Positions 20,800 through 32,164 of a stretch of 64,000 nt of DNA are shown piece by piece. Numbering within the stretch: the stretch's first letter is position 1; every line of letters starts with the position of its first letter. A model generated the notes under the pieces. The model was not told the origin of the DNA. It saw only the letters and a list, made by a program, of their open reading frames with translations, and did not search any database. The position numbers and the translations under genes are program-made. The stretch lies in NCBI RefSeq assembly GCF_009914755.1, contig NC_060947.1; one strand, written 5' to 3'. The DNA is from the human T2T-CHM13v2.0 reference genome, Homo sapiens.

Positions 20800-21033
20800 T
20801 AACTCCAGTTAGTCTCCTAGTATGTGTTCTCATAGCATCCTGTACTTTTCCCCCATGGCACTTCATATAATTTTAAGTAATTGATAATTTGTTTTCTGTC
20901 TATCTTTCCCACTCCTACGAAGGCAGGGACCACATCTACCTGGTTCTTCCCGGTAACCCCAGCACATAGCACAGGGATACCAGATACTCAATAAATATTT
21001 GCTGAATCAATAAATAAATGAGTGAATGAATGA
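20800..21033 (+). mobile_element. L2 3' end
   Basis: GAAGGCAGGGACCACATCT...CCCCAGCACATAGCACAG...TACTCAATAAATATTTGCTGAAT...GAATGAATGAA. Confidence 0.8.
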
Positions 21034-23456
21034 AAGCATGTATAAAAGTATGTTTTTCTGCAAAATCCCAGAAAAGAAATTATGGGTCATAGAAATAAAT
21101 ATTTTTATATTCTGTGTTTACACTATTTATTTCCAAAAAGATCATTCAAGTTACATTCCCACTGACAATGTATGAGAATTTTGATATTTACCATGCCCTT
21201 GTCAGCACTGTCTACTTTTTTTGTTTGGTGGTGATATATGTTGGGTTTTGCTTTGTTTGTTTGTTTGTTTTAATCAGGGTTAGAGAGGCAAAAAAAGTAT
21301 TCTATGTTTAAATGTGCATTTCTTTAGTACCAGTGAAATAAAACAGTTTTTCCATGTCTGCAAACTAGTTGGGGGTCCTATGTTGTAAATTGTCTGGTCA
21401 TGTCCTTTGATTCTCTAATCAGCTCGTGAGAGTTCTTTGTACAGTAAAGATTTCAACTTTGTGTCTGTTGTAATTGTGCATATTATTACCAGTTTGAAAC
21501 CTTTTCGTTTTGGCTTTTTTTTGACAGATAAGCATATCTTATTCTTATGTAATCATAACTATTGATCTTTTTTCCTTTATTCAAACATCCTTTTCCTTGG
21601 CTAAGAGTCCCATATGTGAATTGCAGCTATCACTTAAATAACAACGCCAATTGTGAATTCAGATTAACTGGGTCCACAGATTCCCACATATAATGTACGA
21701 TGGAGCCCTAACCTGCCCCAGAGCCCCAGTTGTCACCTCCTTATAAGTCCTGTCCACTAGAAATCTAGGCAACAGGAACCAGTCATGACTTCTTAGTACT
21801 CTCCAGCCCGAACCAGATCCCCTTCTCAACCTCTCTGTTTTGGTGGCTGGTACCACCTACATTCCAGACTAGATATCAGGGAGATAGCTTTACCTAGACT
21901 CCGACCTTTATTTACTTTCATGGTGTTTTTGCACTCTTTCCATCCAAGAGCTTCTCATACTTACTGGGGTTCCTCATTGCCATTCAAGTCCTCCACAGTG
22001 GAGCCTAACCCCATCTACTTCCCTAACCATTATTACTCCAAGCATGAACCTTTCGGGTCTGGCCAGACCTGCCTAGGTGAGGTTGCTGGACCTCAAAAGG
22101 TCATGAGGACTCCGTGCCCACCCACAATGCCTCCTTTCTTCTTAATACAACTCTCCTACTCCCAGAGGCCTTCTCAAAAGGATGTCTCCTTTTTCTGGCC
22201 TGTTCCTCATACTTTAGAAAGGAAAGGGCCCTGGAAAGCATGTCATTTAAATCTCCAATTTTATAGATAAGACACTGAGACCAAGGGAAGGAAAAGGGCC
22301 TGTCCAAAATCTAAATTTCCTCTCCCAGCACCTGTCTACATGACATAGTCCTGCACTTCACATGCTAATCTTTATGGACTTGAGGCTGAAGATGGTTATC
22401 TTGGCTTTTTTGGTTTCTTCTTGGCTCTAATCTCCCCACAACTGCTAGCACCATGCCAGAGACATAATAGTTACTCCATCTGCTTTGCCGATTAGACCCA
22501 AACTACAACATAACAGATGGACTTTTGTCTATTTTTTGTATATTCTGGTAAATGTATGACATTTTAAAGACATTATTGATTTTCAAATTGTTTTCAAACA
22601 AAATCCATTTTTTAATTAAATATCTAAAGTACTAAATTGTTCTGTTCTACCATAAGCTCTGTGAGACAGAGAATGATGTCTCTTCCCTGGAATATAATGA
22701 ACAGTTTCACAAAATCTTGCTTAATGAATGACAGAAAAAAACGGATGGCTATTCTTTTAATGTCATTACATACTACCTCAGTTGATGACTGATATCCATG
22801 AAAGACAAGCTCTAGCATTTTAATTGCCCCATAGCACTGATCTAAAATTATTATTAAGTGATGTTAATTCTGAATAGCCTTTTGTACTACCTGAGAACTT
22901 ACAGCTTTGTAAGGACTCCAACACCATGTTCGACATCCATGCAAAGATGCTAATTAATACTACTGGAATTCTACAGATATTGTAATGGTAGATTTCTCCC
23001 CCTCTTCTATGAAATAGCTAAGATGGTACCACAGCTCTCAAAGACAGCTGAAGAAATGTATCCTCAGCTAAGTAAAACTGAGCCCAACAGCTTAGAGCCT
23101 GATGAACCACACGACCAGTACTGACCACTGGCTGTAACAGTCCATTCTGCTTAATGCCTCAGCCTATATCACAAGCCTGTTGTGTCATTTTGCCTCACTG
23201 CAAAATCAAGGAGAAGAAAGAGGGAAAGCGTGGGCTTGTGAGGCATGATCAGGTACACACACTCTATAGTTACAGCTCTTTCAAAATAGAGCCACCTTTT
23301 AAAAACAAATGGGAATAAAAGAAAGCTTTTCCCACAATTAAAAAAAAATAGAATGACCAAAAAAAGCTTTTCTCCATCTAAACAAACACTTTTTAGTCCT
23401 TTCCCATCAATGATATGCTACTGGATTTGAGATGATAATTAATTACTCTTCCAGAT

Positions 23457-23633
23457 GCCTCAGCCTGCTCCCATCCTGCTCAGCTTTGCAGGGATTCCCA
23501 ATATGGCAATGAAAGGCCCCTCTGCAATCTAGCCACAAGACCTACCCCTGGTGAATAAAACACCTCAGGGATGTAGAAATCTGTTCTTCTCCCAATGGGT
23601 GTGGTACCCCCGGCCCAATCACTCATCCAAACT
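23457..23633 (+). repeat. 177-bp direct repeat, copy 1
   Basis: Ungapped alignment to 24335-24511 with 17 mismatches by manual count. Confidence 0.95.
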
Positions 23634-24334
23634 GAAAATTTTAGAGATGCTAAAAGTCTAGGGTACAACATGAATATGATCAGATTCTTTGACTTGTATA
23701 GCCATGGACCCTGACCTCTCAACCCCATTCTGTGCATGCTGGCCAGCATGATACTTAGTGATGAAGAAGGGGGCTAGTGCTATTTCTTTGGGCCCAGTTC
23801 TGAATTCCCTCTACAGAACAAATGGCACACTAGAGTTGGCTACAAACAGAGGAAATTTGGCCTAAGAAAAGCCTGCAGAATTTGGGACTTTTAACAGCTT
23901 GTGAGCAACAATGTTTGGATACACTTTCAAAAATGGTCTCAGAAATTCTAAAATGAGCAGGACCCTGAGTGACTGCAAACAACATACTGGCAGACAGATG
24001 GATGAAATCCAATTTCTGATTTTTTTTAAAGAAATATTATTCTTAATAAACAACTTGAGCCTTTCACCAGCCAAGCTCTCTCTCTCTCTCTCTCTTTGTC
24101 CTCTCCAGGCAACGTGATCACGGTTGTTTCTATTCAGCAGTTATATATCACCCAAGCACTTAACCATCCGCGGAGGCAGAGAAGCATCCCAAATGTAGCA
24201 CTGGAAGCAGGATTCAGAGTCTTGGCTTGCAGCCACAATAGCCTCTGATACCTCCCTAATGTGGATGAATGGCTGTGAGTCAGTAGGTGGTTCCTGTCGC
24301 AGCTGAAGGCTCCTACTGAAGCTCATCCAACCAG

Positions 24335-24511
24335 GCCTCAGCCCGCTCCCATCCTGCTCAGCTTTGCAGGGATTCCCAACATGGCAATGAAAGACCCCTC
24401 TGCAATCTAGCCACAAAACCTATCCCCAGTGAATAGAAAGCCTTAGGGATGTAGAAATCCGTTCTTCTCCCAATGGGTGTGGTAATCCTGGCCCAAAAAC
24501 TCATCCAAACT
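24335..24511 (+). repeat. 177-bp direct repeat, copy 2
   Basis: GCCTCAGCC(T/C)GCTCCCATCCTGCTCAGCTTTGCAGGGATTCCCAA...ACTCATCCAAACT, offset 878 bp from copy 1. Confidence 0.95.
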
Positions 24512-24654
24512 CACATGTTGTAAAATGACTGACGATGATAATGATGTAGGTGATAACAACAACAGCCAACATTTATTGTGTTCATTCACTTTGTGGGAAT
24601 GACTAACTCAAGACCTCACTGTGGTTTTGCAAAAAACCCTTGTTCATCAAGGTG

Positions 24655-24870
24655 CAGTCAACAGAGCAAGGGTTGTGGAGTCAGACAGAAGTGCAGTCAG
24701 ATTCCTGCTGTGCCGCTAAAAAAACTCAGTGACCCCGGGGAAGCCCTTTAGCCTTTTTGGGCTTCATTCTCATCTGATAAATGGGGATCCTTTTGTCCAC
24801 TCTGGCCTCTTGCTGAAGATGGTGCAGGTTTACAGAGGAATACCAGAGATAAGGGATATGAACGCTTATC
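24655..24870 (+). mobile_element. MIR
   Basis: GGAGTCAGACAGA...GTGACCCCGGGGAAG...CTCATCTGATAAATGGGGA. Confidence 0.7.
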
Positions 24871-27521
24871 ATAAACTGGAGTGCACTCTCTACACAGGAT
24901 CTGGTCGAGGGTCACATGGCTGGTTAGTGGCTGGCCTAGAACTAAGGCCCAGCTGTCTGAACTCCCAGGCCAGAAAGGTGGAACTGTTGTTCCCCTCAGT
25001 TGAGAGGAGCACAGAGACCACCAGCTGGCATGGAGAGGCTGTTTGACACAGGAACTCCCAAAAGCAGACTCTCCCATTTCCAGACACCAGCTTCTCACCC
25101 CCACATTTCACCATCGGTGCAGCTGCCTTTACCTCTAAATTTTTGCCTCGCACAGACACATACAACAGTCACATACACACACTCTCTCATTCTCACACAC
25201 ACATGCACACCTTAGCTCTTACAGATTATCAGAACTCACAGAACTGGTCCTGCAACCTCCTAGGGGATCTGTCAACATCCAGAGAAATTCTGGAACCCCT
25301 AGGCTATCCCTATTCTTCAAAGTGAATATTTCTGGAGGTGGGCAGGAATGAATGAAATAAAAAGGTGCCCTTGAGGTAGCAATGCATTTCTCTAGCAAGT
25401 TTTATTTCATTTTTGCAAACACCGTAAAATCCAGTAACTGTGACTTTTTAGAACATGGTTGCTCTTTGATTAGACTAGATGCTACTGTAGTATCACCCTT
25501 TTAATAACCAAGAAAATCCTATGTCATTTCAAATAATTTTGCTTCAATTTGGGACAATCCAAGAGGCTTTGAGGGGTTCTGGTTATCTTCTGGAGAATGC
25601 GGGAAGGAATCTGCCAGAGGACAGTAGCCACCAAACAGATAATCTAGACCACATTAATAATGTGTGTTTATAGACATCATACTCTGACCTACATGTTCAA
25701 AAGGATCAGTAAAGGCACATGTGCCCCATGGAACTCCAGACAAGGCCATGGCTTTCATGGTGACCAAGACCTTGTTTTCACTTCTCTGCTATAGTCATGG
25801 CTGTGGAATTCTACTTTTGCCCAGAAGAGCTTTTTAAATATTACCACCTCTCAATACACCTACAAGGTCTGTCAGTATGAGAAATTCTTTTCAATATTGC
25901 CAAATTGTTTGGGAACTTATTAAACACCAGAATATTGTTGTGACAATGACTTACACAATTGTACCAATGGATTGAGGTCCTGGGGCTAAGGTTTTCTTGG
26001 GGTGGAAGAAAAAATTTGTTAGTATTGGAAAGGAAATACAAGTTTGGCAGATTCTGACACAATTCCAGCATTTGAGAAAGGACAGTGTAAACTGAGAGAA
26101 GAGAGAGTGAAGAGGAGAGCCAGGGGGTGATGTTCCCCTTAAATCTCAATGGTAATCTGAAAGTCAGAGGGCTCTAGGGCTCTATTTGCTGCAGTTGGAC
26201 AGAAAAATCCACACTGGTTGTTGCGTTCTAACAGTCACCTGCAAAGCATCCCCTTGTCCAGGGTACCAAGTGCACCCGGGGGATGGGGATGGGACACAGA
26301 CATGTCCTTGCCGGCCCAGAGACCCCATCCAGAGGCCTCCAGGCCATGAAACTCACCTTGTGCACCCCCTGGACTCCCTGCTTCAGCCCAGATTTGTTTT
26401 AAGGAGACTTGCGAAACAGTAGCCCTGGCTGGACTAACTGCACCCCATAGCACTCACTTCCCCCACCCCACCACCACCCACTTTACAGTACTGCATGACC
26501 TCTAGCAACTGGACATCGCGTCTGGAGGGAGGAAAATACCCTTGCTTCTGGCTACAGACTATTAATAAATCAGCTTTTACCGCATCAGCCCAGGCTCACA
26601 GAACATGGGCTGGCAGCGCCCCATGCTGGGGCTCAAGCTTTTTAAATATTTTTTGTAAATCAGGAGAGGCTCCTGGTGACTGAACCCCACATGGGGTCCA
26701 GGGCACCATCCCAGCCCGCCCTTCGGTCCGCGGGGTGCCCCCCGCCACTCCCAAAGAGCCACGGATGCCTCTCATGCAGCCAGTAGTGATAAGCAAGCCT
26801 GGGAACCATGAGCTCTCCTTGGATGTCGGAAAATAGCGACAGAGGGACACCCAGTCGCCCGGGAAGACCAGAGCCAGAGCGGGGAAGGAGCGAGGTGATA
26901 AAAGTCCGGCAAGAAGAGAAAAACAGAAAGGGTAAGAGAGAAAAAGAATAAAAGCGAGAGAGGGGAATGGAAAGAAGGAAACAGCGAGCAAACAGGAGCA
27001 GACAACATCTAGGACACAAGAGAGAAAGAGGGAGAACAAGGCAAATAGACGAAATAGGGGGGAAAGCGGGGGGAGGGAAGAATGCGGGCGCCGAAAGGAG
27101 GAAGAGAGCGCTGAAAGGAGACTTCGGAACCCGGGTGCAGAGTAGAAGAAAGCAGGGATCCAGAGACGCTGCACGGAGAGCGCGGCTCTTTAGGGCTCTC
27201 CAGTGCGGAGACTGAGTACGATGCCCCGTCCCAGCGGCCCCGTTCCGGCCGCTCGGCCGCCTCCCCCGCACGCTCTGCCAACCATCACGCAGGCCACCCT
27301 GCGGACAGACAGACGGTCAGTCCGGGGCCGGAGCGGAAAGCCTTTCTGTGGCCGCCACAGCGCGGCGAACGTGCGCTACTGGGCGCCCAGCACCTGCCCA
27401 GCCGGGGTGCAAACGCCCGGGCGTCAGGGTGCGCGCTAGGTCCCCGGCTTGGGCCAGCCGCGCCTCCCAGCCCTCCGCCCGCCTAGGCCCGGGTCCCGCT
27501 CGACTACCGGCGCGCACTCAC

Positions 27522-28040
27522 CTGGACGGTCTCAGCCTGGCGTCGCGCTTGCCGTCCACCACGGAGGGCACACAGCTGGTGAGCTCGGTCCAGTCGGCGT
27601 GCAACCCGCAGCTCCAGCCCGTGGAGAACCTGGAGAAGAGCCAGGTTTCCCGCTTACCCGGCCGGTGGCAAGTGCATTTCTTCTGACCCACGCGGCACTC
27701 GCACGGCTGCTCCAGCTGGATGTTACGCACCAAGTGGCGGCCGAAAGTGGTGCCCCCGGTCTTCTGGATGTGCAGGAACACGATCAGGTCATCGCCCTTG
27801 ATGTCGAAGTCTACCTTGCGCAGGAGGTCGCCGCGGGTGAAATTGTAGCGGGGCACGAACCTGGCGGAGCTCTCATCCTCCGAGCGGTACGGGTCCGGCA
27901 CCGGGGAGCTGAACGCCTGCAGGCGGAGGAGCTGGCATTCTGTGCCGGGGCACACGTATTGGAGGACGATCACGGCAAATAGGAAGAGCATCACCAAAGC
28001 TAGCAGCAGCTTGTTGGATTTCTCATCCATGTTCCCGACG
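27522..28040 (-). CDS. HS6ST2: HS6ST2 second coding exon (519 bp): type II transmembrane anchor, stem and start of the sulfotransferase domain
   Basis: Acceptor TTTCCCCCAG|CGTC and donor TCCAG|GTGAGT; encodes (S)VGNMDEKSNKLLLALVMLFLFAVIVLQY... with PAPS 5'-PSB motif FLHIQKTGGTTF and HS6ST signature WLFSRFSTGWSCGLHADWTELT. Confidence 0.98.
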
Positions 28041-28169
28041 CTGGGGGAAACCCAAGCTCGTTACGTCAATCCCGCAGCTCAGCCCGCGCTCGTCGTGCCC
28101 CCGCACCGCCCCCTTCCCCTGGAGCCGCTGCTGCGCCCCTCTCCCCCTCCCCTCCGCACCGAGTACTCC

Positions 28170-28196
28170 ACGGCGGCGGCGGCTGCGGCGGCGGCT
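28170..28196 (-). repeat. Short interrupted (GCC)n tract
   Basis: Plus strand CGGCGGCGGCGGCTGCGGCGGCGGC. Confidence 0.85.
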
Positions 28197-28888
28197 CCCT
28201 TCCCCGCTTCCTTCCTTCCCGGCAGGCTCAGCGCTGTGGCTTCTGCGGCACACACACACCCCCACCCCGACTCCTTCCCGCGGGCCGTTCGCCCCCTCCC
28301 CCCGCCAGAGCTCTCCGGAGCTCCCCGGAGCCCCTCCACGGGGTTTAGCCCCAGTGGGACCCCTCCGGGCCCAGTCGCCCCACTCCTCAACTCACGCCCC
28401 CAGTCCGGGCCCCCGCGTGTCTCGCTCCACTCTCGGTGGCTCCCGCTCCCATCCCCATCCCGCTTCGTCCGCCGGACTCTCCGGGCTCTTCTGCCCCTAT
28501 CCTCTTTGGAGCGCACACCTCTGTCCGGGTTTCTCCCCGCATGCCCCGAAGCCCTCCTTTTGCCGGCGCCCGCGCCCGCTTGCCCACCCGGTAGGCGGCC
28601 TCGAGGGAGCTCGGAGCCGGGGGCTCAGAGTTACCCTGGGGGAATGAGCCGGCCGGCAGCCCGACTTGCTATCGGAGACGCTGCGCTGCCGGTGCCCGCG
28701 GAACAGTAGCGACGGAGCCGCGGCGTGGCCAAATGCGCGCCGCACCCCTCCGGAGACCCTAGCCGGGCCACCAATGGCCAGCTGGAACTTTACGCCCTTC
28801 TCTACCCCCCGCGGCTGCCTTCCCTCCCCGTACAGCACCTTCGCGCCCTGGCCTGGGAGCGCGAACCCCGCTTTCACCTAGAACGTAC

Positions 28889-29316
28889 CTGGCCATGGGG
28901 CCGAAAATCTTGGAGAAGATCGCACCGAGCACGTGCTTCAGCGAGTGGCCCAGGGCGGCCAGGCCCCGAGTGAGCAGGGCCCGGCAGAGGGAGCCCAGGT
29001 CCCAGCGTCGCCTGAGGACGTGCATCCGCCTGCGGCGGCCCCGGGACAGCAGCGCGAAAAGCGGGGCGCACGCGGCTCCCGCCAGGGAAGAAGACGCCTT
29101 TCGGGGCTTGTCCAGGAGCGGCCGGGTGTGGAATCCGTGAGACACACCCCTAGGAGGGCCCGCGCGAACTGAGGCGGCGACCGACCCGGGCCGGCTCGCT
29201 GCCAATTCGGCCTCTACTCTGGAATGCCGGCGGGGACAGGTGGTGCGGACGGGCGCTCCTCGCTCCGGTTGCCGCGGCGGCTCGAACTCCCGGACTGCAC
29301 ACGCAGGCAGTGCCAT
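28889..29316 (-). CDS. HS6ST2: HS6ST2 first coding exon (428 bp): long Arg/Ala/Pro-rich N-terminal extension
   Basis: ATG at 29316 in GGAATGG context; MALPACAVREFEPP...KIFGPMA; donor CCAG|GTACGT; phase 2 joins in frame (AG+C=Ser) to the next exon. Confidence 0.93.
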
Positions 29317-29582
29317 TCCCCCCTTCAGGCAACTCAGGGTACTAAGGATCACGAGCGAGCTTGAATTTATATAATAATGCCTCACGCCTAAGAGCTCGAG
29401 CCACTTCACAAGCAGAGAACCTGGGTTTTCTCTTTTCTTGGAGTACGGAGGTCACTCCGCTTAGCGCATCACTCCACTTTGGCTCGTAATTTCAACCTCT
29501 CCTAAAATAGCAAAGGCGCAAATTGGAGCTTTTCCGTCTCTCTTTGCCAATTTCCATTCTCCAGCGGAAGCGGGGGCATTTT
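29317..29582 (-). other. HS6ST2: Candidate 5'UTR part of the first coding exon (acceptor at 29583)
   Basis: Minus strand GCTGACTTACCTTTTCAG|AAAAATG has branch-like CTGAC, pyrimidines and AG. Confidence 0.55.
29366..29373 (-). promoter_or_regulatory. TATA-box-like element
   Basis: TATATAAA on the minus strand about 50 bp upstream of the ATG, at the edge of the CpG island. Confidence 0.5.
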
Positions 29583-29794
29583 CTGAAAAGGTAAGTCAGC
29601 ATGATAAAAAGACAGCAGGACCAAAAAGCATTACAGAATGAGAATCTGACCTTTTTTAGAGCACAGACTGTCTTCTTGCTGAATCCTGTGTACCAAACCC
29701 TGTGCCTGCAGGAGGGCTTGACTCATAAAAGGTTTGTTGAATGAATGGATACATAACTAAAAACTCCATCAGAGTGAGACCGTCTAATCCAAGG

Positions 29795-29900
29795 TAATGT
29801 GACACATGAGGAAACTGAGGCCCAGAGAGGGGTAGGGACGTGCCCAAGGTCACACAGCAGAGCCCCAGGGTTTGAACCCAAGAAACCCAGCACCATCCAC
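29795..29900 (-). mobile_element. MIR
   Basis: GAGGAAACTGAGGCCCAGAGAGG...TGCCCAAGGTCACACAGC...TTTGAACCCA. Confidence 0.85.
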
Positions 29901-31959
29901 CTATTTCCTGATACTAACACCACCTTCTCTAATAAATAGGCACAGATCTTCCTCAAGCTCCAGTGTCCGAAAGGCTCTTTTCTGCTGCTGGACCAGGAAT
30001 GCAGGGTTTAACAGGGAAAGAATGGATGTTCCTTCAGGAAAAGGACCCTGGGAACTCAGGAGTCAGTCTGTCCCCATCTGATTGATCAAAGGGGCTTGCT
30101 GTACATCAGGACACTGGTGTTTCCGTGACTGAGTGTGCAACTCCCTCCAGTCCCACTGCTACAGAAGGGGCACCGGTTGGCAGCAGTGTTTCTGAGCAGT
30201 GCTGTTGGCACTGGGGCCACTGAGTGGGAGAATGCAGACCACGAGCTGAGTCCTGGGGTGGGGGCATGTCCCTCCTGGAGACAGGCTCTCCCAGTATCTC
30301 CCTTGCTGAGCTCTGCTCCATCCGTTTCCTGTTCTATCTATGCCATGAAGCGGCAAGCCTAAGAATAGTCCAGAAGTCCTGGGAAATCTGTCCCTGGGCA
30401 GCACTGGGATAATCACTTGCCCCTCCTGAGCCTCAGTTTTCTTGTCTGTAAGATAGGACCAATTATGTCCCCTGTTTTGACCAACTGAGTCACCGTGGGG
30501 ATGAAATGTAGAAACCTTTAGGCCACTCCAAATGTGAGGCTGTGTTTACCTGTTGCTCTAAGCTCAATGTGCCAACTGCGTCACAGGCCAAATAAGGAAC
30601 AGGCCGTTCTCAGGCAATTCTGTGGCTGTGCACCCTGTCTTTACCACCCCCTAGAATTCCCAGCCCTGGCTAGACTTCTACGTGCCCCCAAACCTACTGG
30701 GGACCGTGAGGGACCCTTTGTCCAGCTGCAGACATAAGGGATAGTGGATTTTTTGGGAATCCTGAATTTCTAGCACTCCAGGCATCTCCTGTCCTGAGGT
30801 TCCAGGAACACTCTGAAAACCCAATGAACTTGTGCGAAGAAGCCAGATGCAGTAACTTACAAGGTTGACCTCTCAGCTTCCCCAAGAGCTCCCCTGGTGC
30901 CCAGGCTGGTAGTCCTAGGCCTGCTCCCCCTGAGGGCAGCTTAGGGTGTGAGCCAGGGTAGTGGGAAGCTATGGGGGTGGCCCCGGAGCTCTGCTTGCCA
31001 GCTGCCCCTGCCTTCTGCTTGGCCACTCACTGCAGTCAACCTCTTTAGCCTACCCAATAGGTGGCTCTCCTCATGGTGTCGCATAAAGATTCCCTGCCAT
31101 TACACCACCTTTGTATGTAATGGCATTCATTGGGTCCCTAGGAAAATATTTCTGAAACAGGTGGGTCACAAATTCAAGCCCTCAGCAGCTAAACTACGGA
31201 GTTTCTACTGTAAGAGGGATTAGTGGCATTGGAACACAAGAAAGTGCCTTGGGTGGAGGGAAGGGGGAGGTGGTAAACAGTACGGGGGGAAAAGTCAGGT
31301 TTTACTCATTTGAGTTGTGAAAAGGAAGGTGTCCACACACCTGCACACACACTCACAGTCCAACCTTCAGAGAAAGGGCCAGTGAGGTTGGTAGTTGCAG
31401 AGCAAGAGGGACAAGGTGGGGCTGTAAAGTTCAGTTTCTGAGATATAATATGTCACTAGGATTTTTGCATTTAGAAGCCCTTCCTCCACCCCCTCATGCT
31501 GTGAGGAACAAAGAAATGAATCTCTCATACAGGAATTCATATATCAGGGCTCCTGGAAGTATAAGAAAACAGTCTTTGTGGGGAGCAGGGAGTCCCACAA
31601 ACCTCAGAAGATCCCTCCAGGATTGAAGAGGCTTTTTGCTGAGAAGCAGGGAATTTTTCCTACGTGTGTCCCAAGAGCCATGTTCTCCCGAGGCCAAGGC
31701 TGGGCCTTGGCTGCATGTTGAAGAGGCTTCTTGTAATCTCGGCTGGTCTCTGCTCCCAGGAGCCAGTTCCTCTCAGGCAGTGAATGACAAAGGCTCAAAT
31801 GCTCTAGATTTTGGCCTTTTGGGGAAAGACTGGGGGTAGGAGGCAAAAAAAAAAAAAAGGGAAGAGAACTGGCCGAACTGTCAAGTGTTCGGTTTTCCAT
31901 CTCCTTAATTCTAACACCAACTGGAGTTGCTGTGTATGCATATATTTGGGATTCAGTAC

Positions 31960-32110
31960 CTGGAAGGCGAGGAGAACTCTGTCATCTGAGCAGGGCTTCT
32001 GGTTGTCTCTATGGTGTGGTATGATTTTCATTATTTTCCCAGAACCGTCCTTCCATGGTTTCCAATGAAAAGGCTGATGATTCTGGGAGCATAAAGGTCA
32101 GCCTGGCTTG
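31960..32110 (-). other. HS6ST2: Candidate non-coding upstream exon of HS6ST2
   Basis: Donor-like TTCCAG|GTACTG at 31960/31959 in unique sequence; consistent with my recollection that HS6ST2 has a non-coding first exon a few kb upstream; 5' boundary is a guess. Confidence 0.4.
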
Positions 32111-32164
32111 CATGCGAAGCAGCACAAGGCCAGACATGCATTTGGTTCCTGTAATCTGAGACAA

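Larger units (their letters stand above)
26700..29470. promoter_or_regulatory. HS6ST2: CpG island / HS6ST2 promoter region
   Basis: Abrupt rise in GC and CpG density relative to CpG-depleted flanks; covers both coding exons. Confidence 0.92.

Noticed and set aside
23457-24511. Direct repeats as paired LTRs of a small retroelement or as a CRISPR-like array
   Set aside because: No TG..CA termini, PBS/PPT or shared outer TSD; only two long units; eukaryotic DNA
26596-29172. Many long overlapping ORFs on both strands (e.g. 27942-28709 +, 255 aa; 26660-27271 -, 203 aa; 27449-27982 +, 177 aa)
   Set aside because: Expected from stop-codon scarcity in a GC-rich island or as the antisense shadow of HS6ST2; low-complexity products with no recognisable domain
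28759-29409. 216-aa single-exon ORF as given in the track
   Set aside because: Starts at a GTG and runs through the donor at 28888; only 29316-28889 is supported as coding
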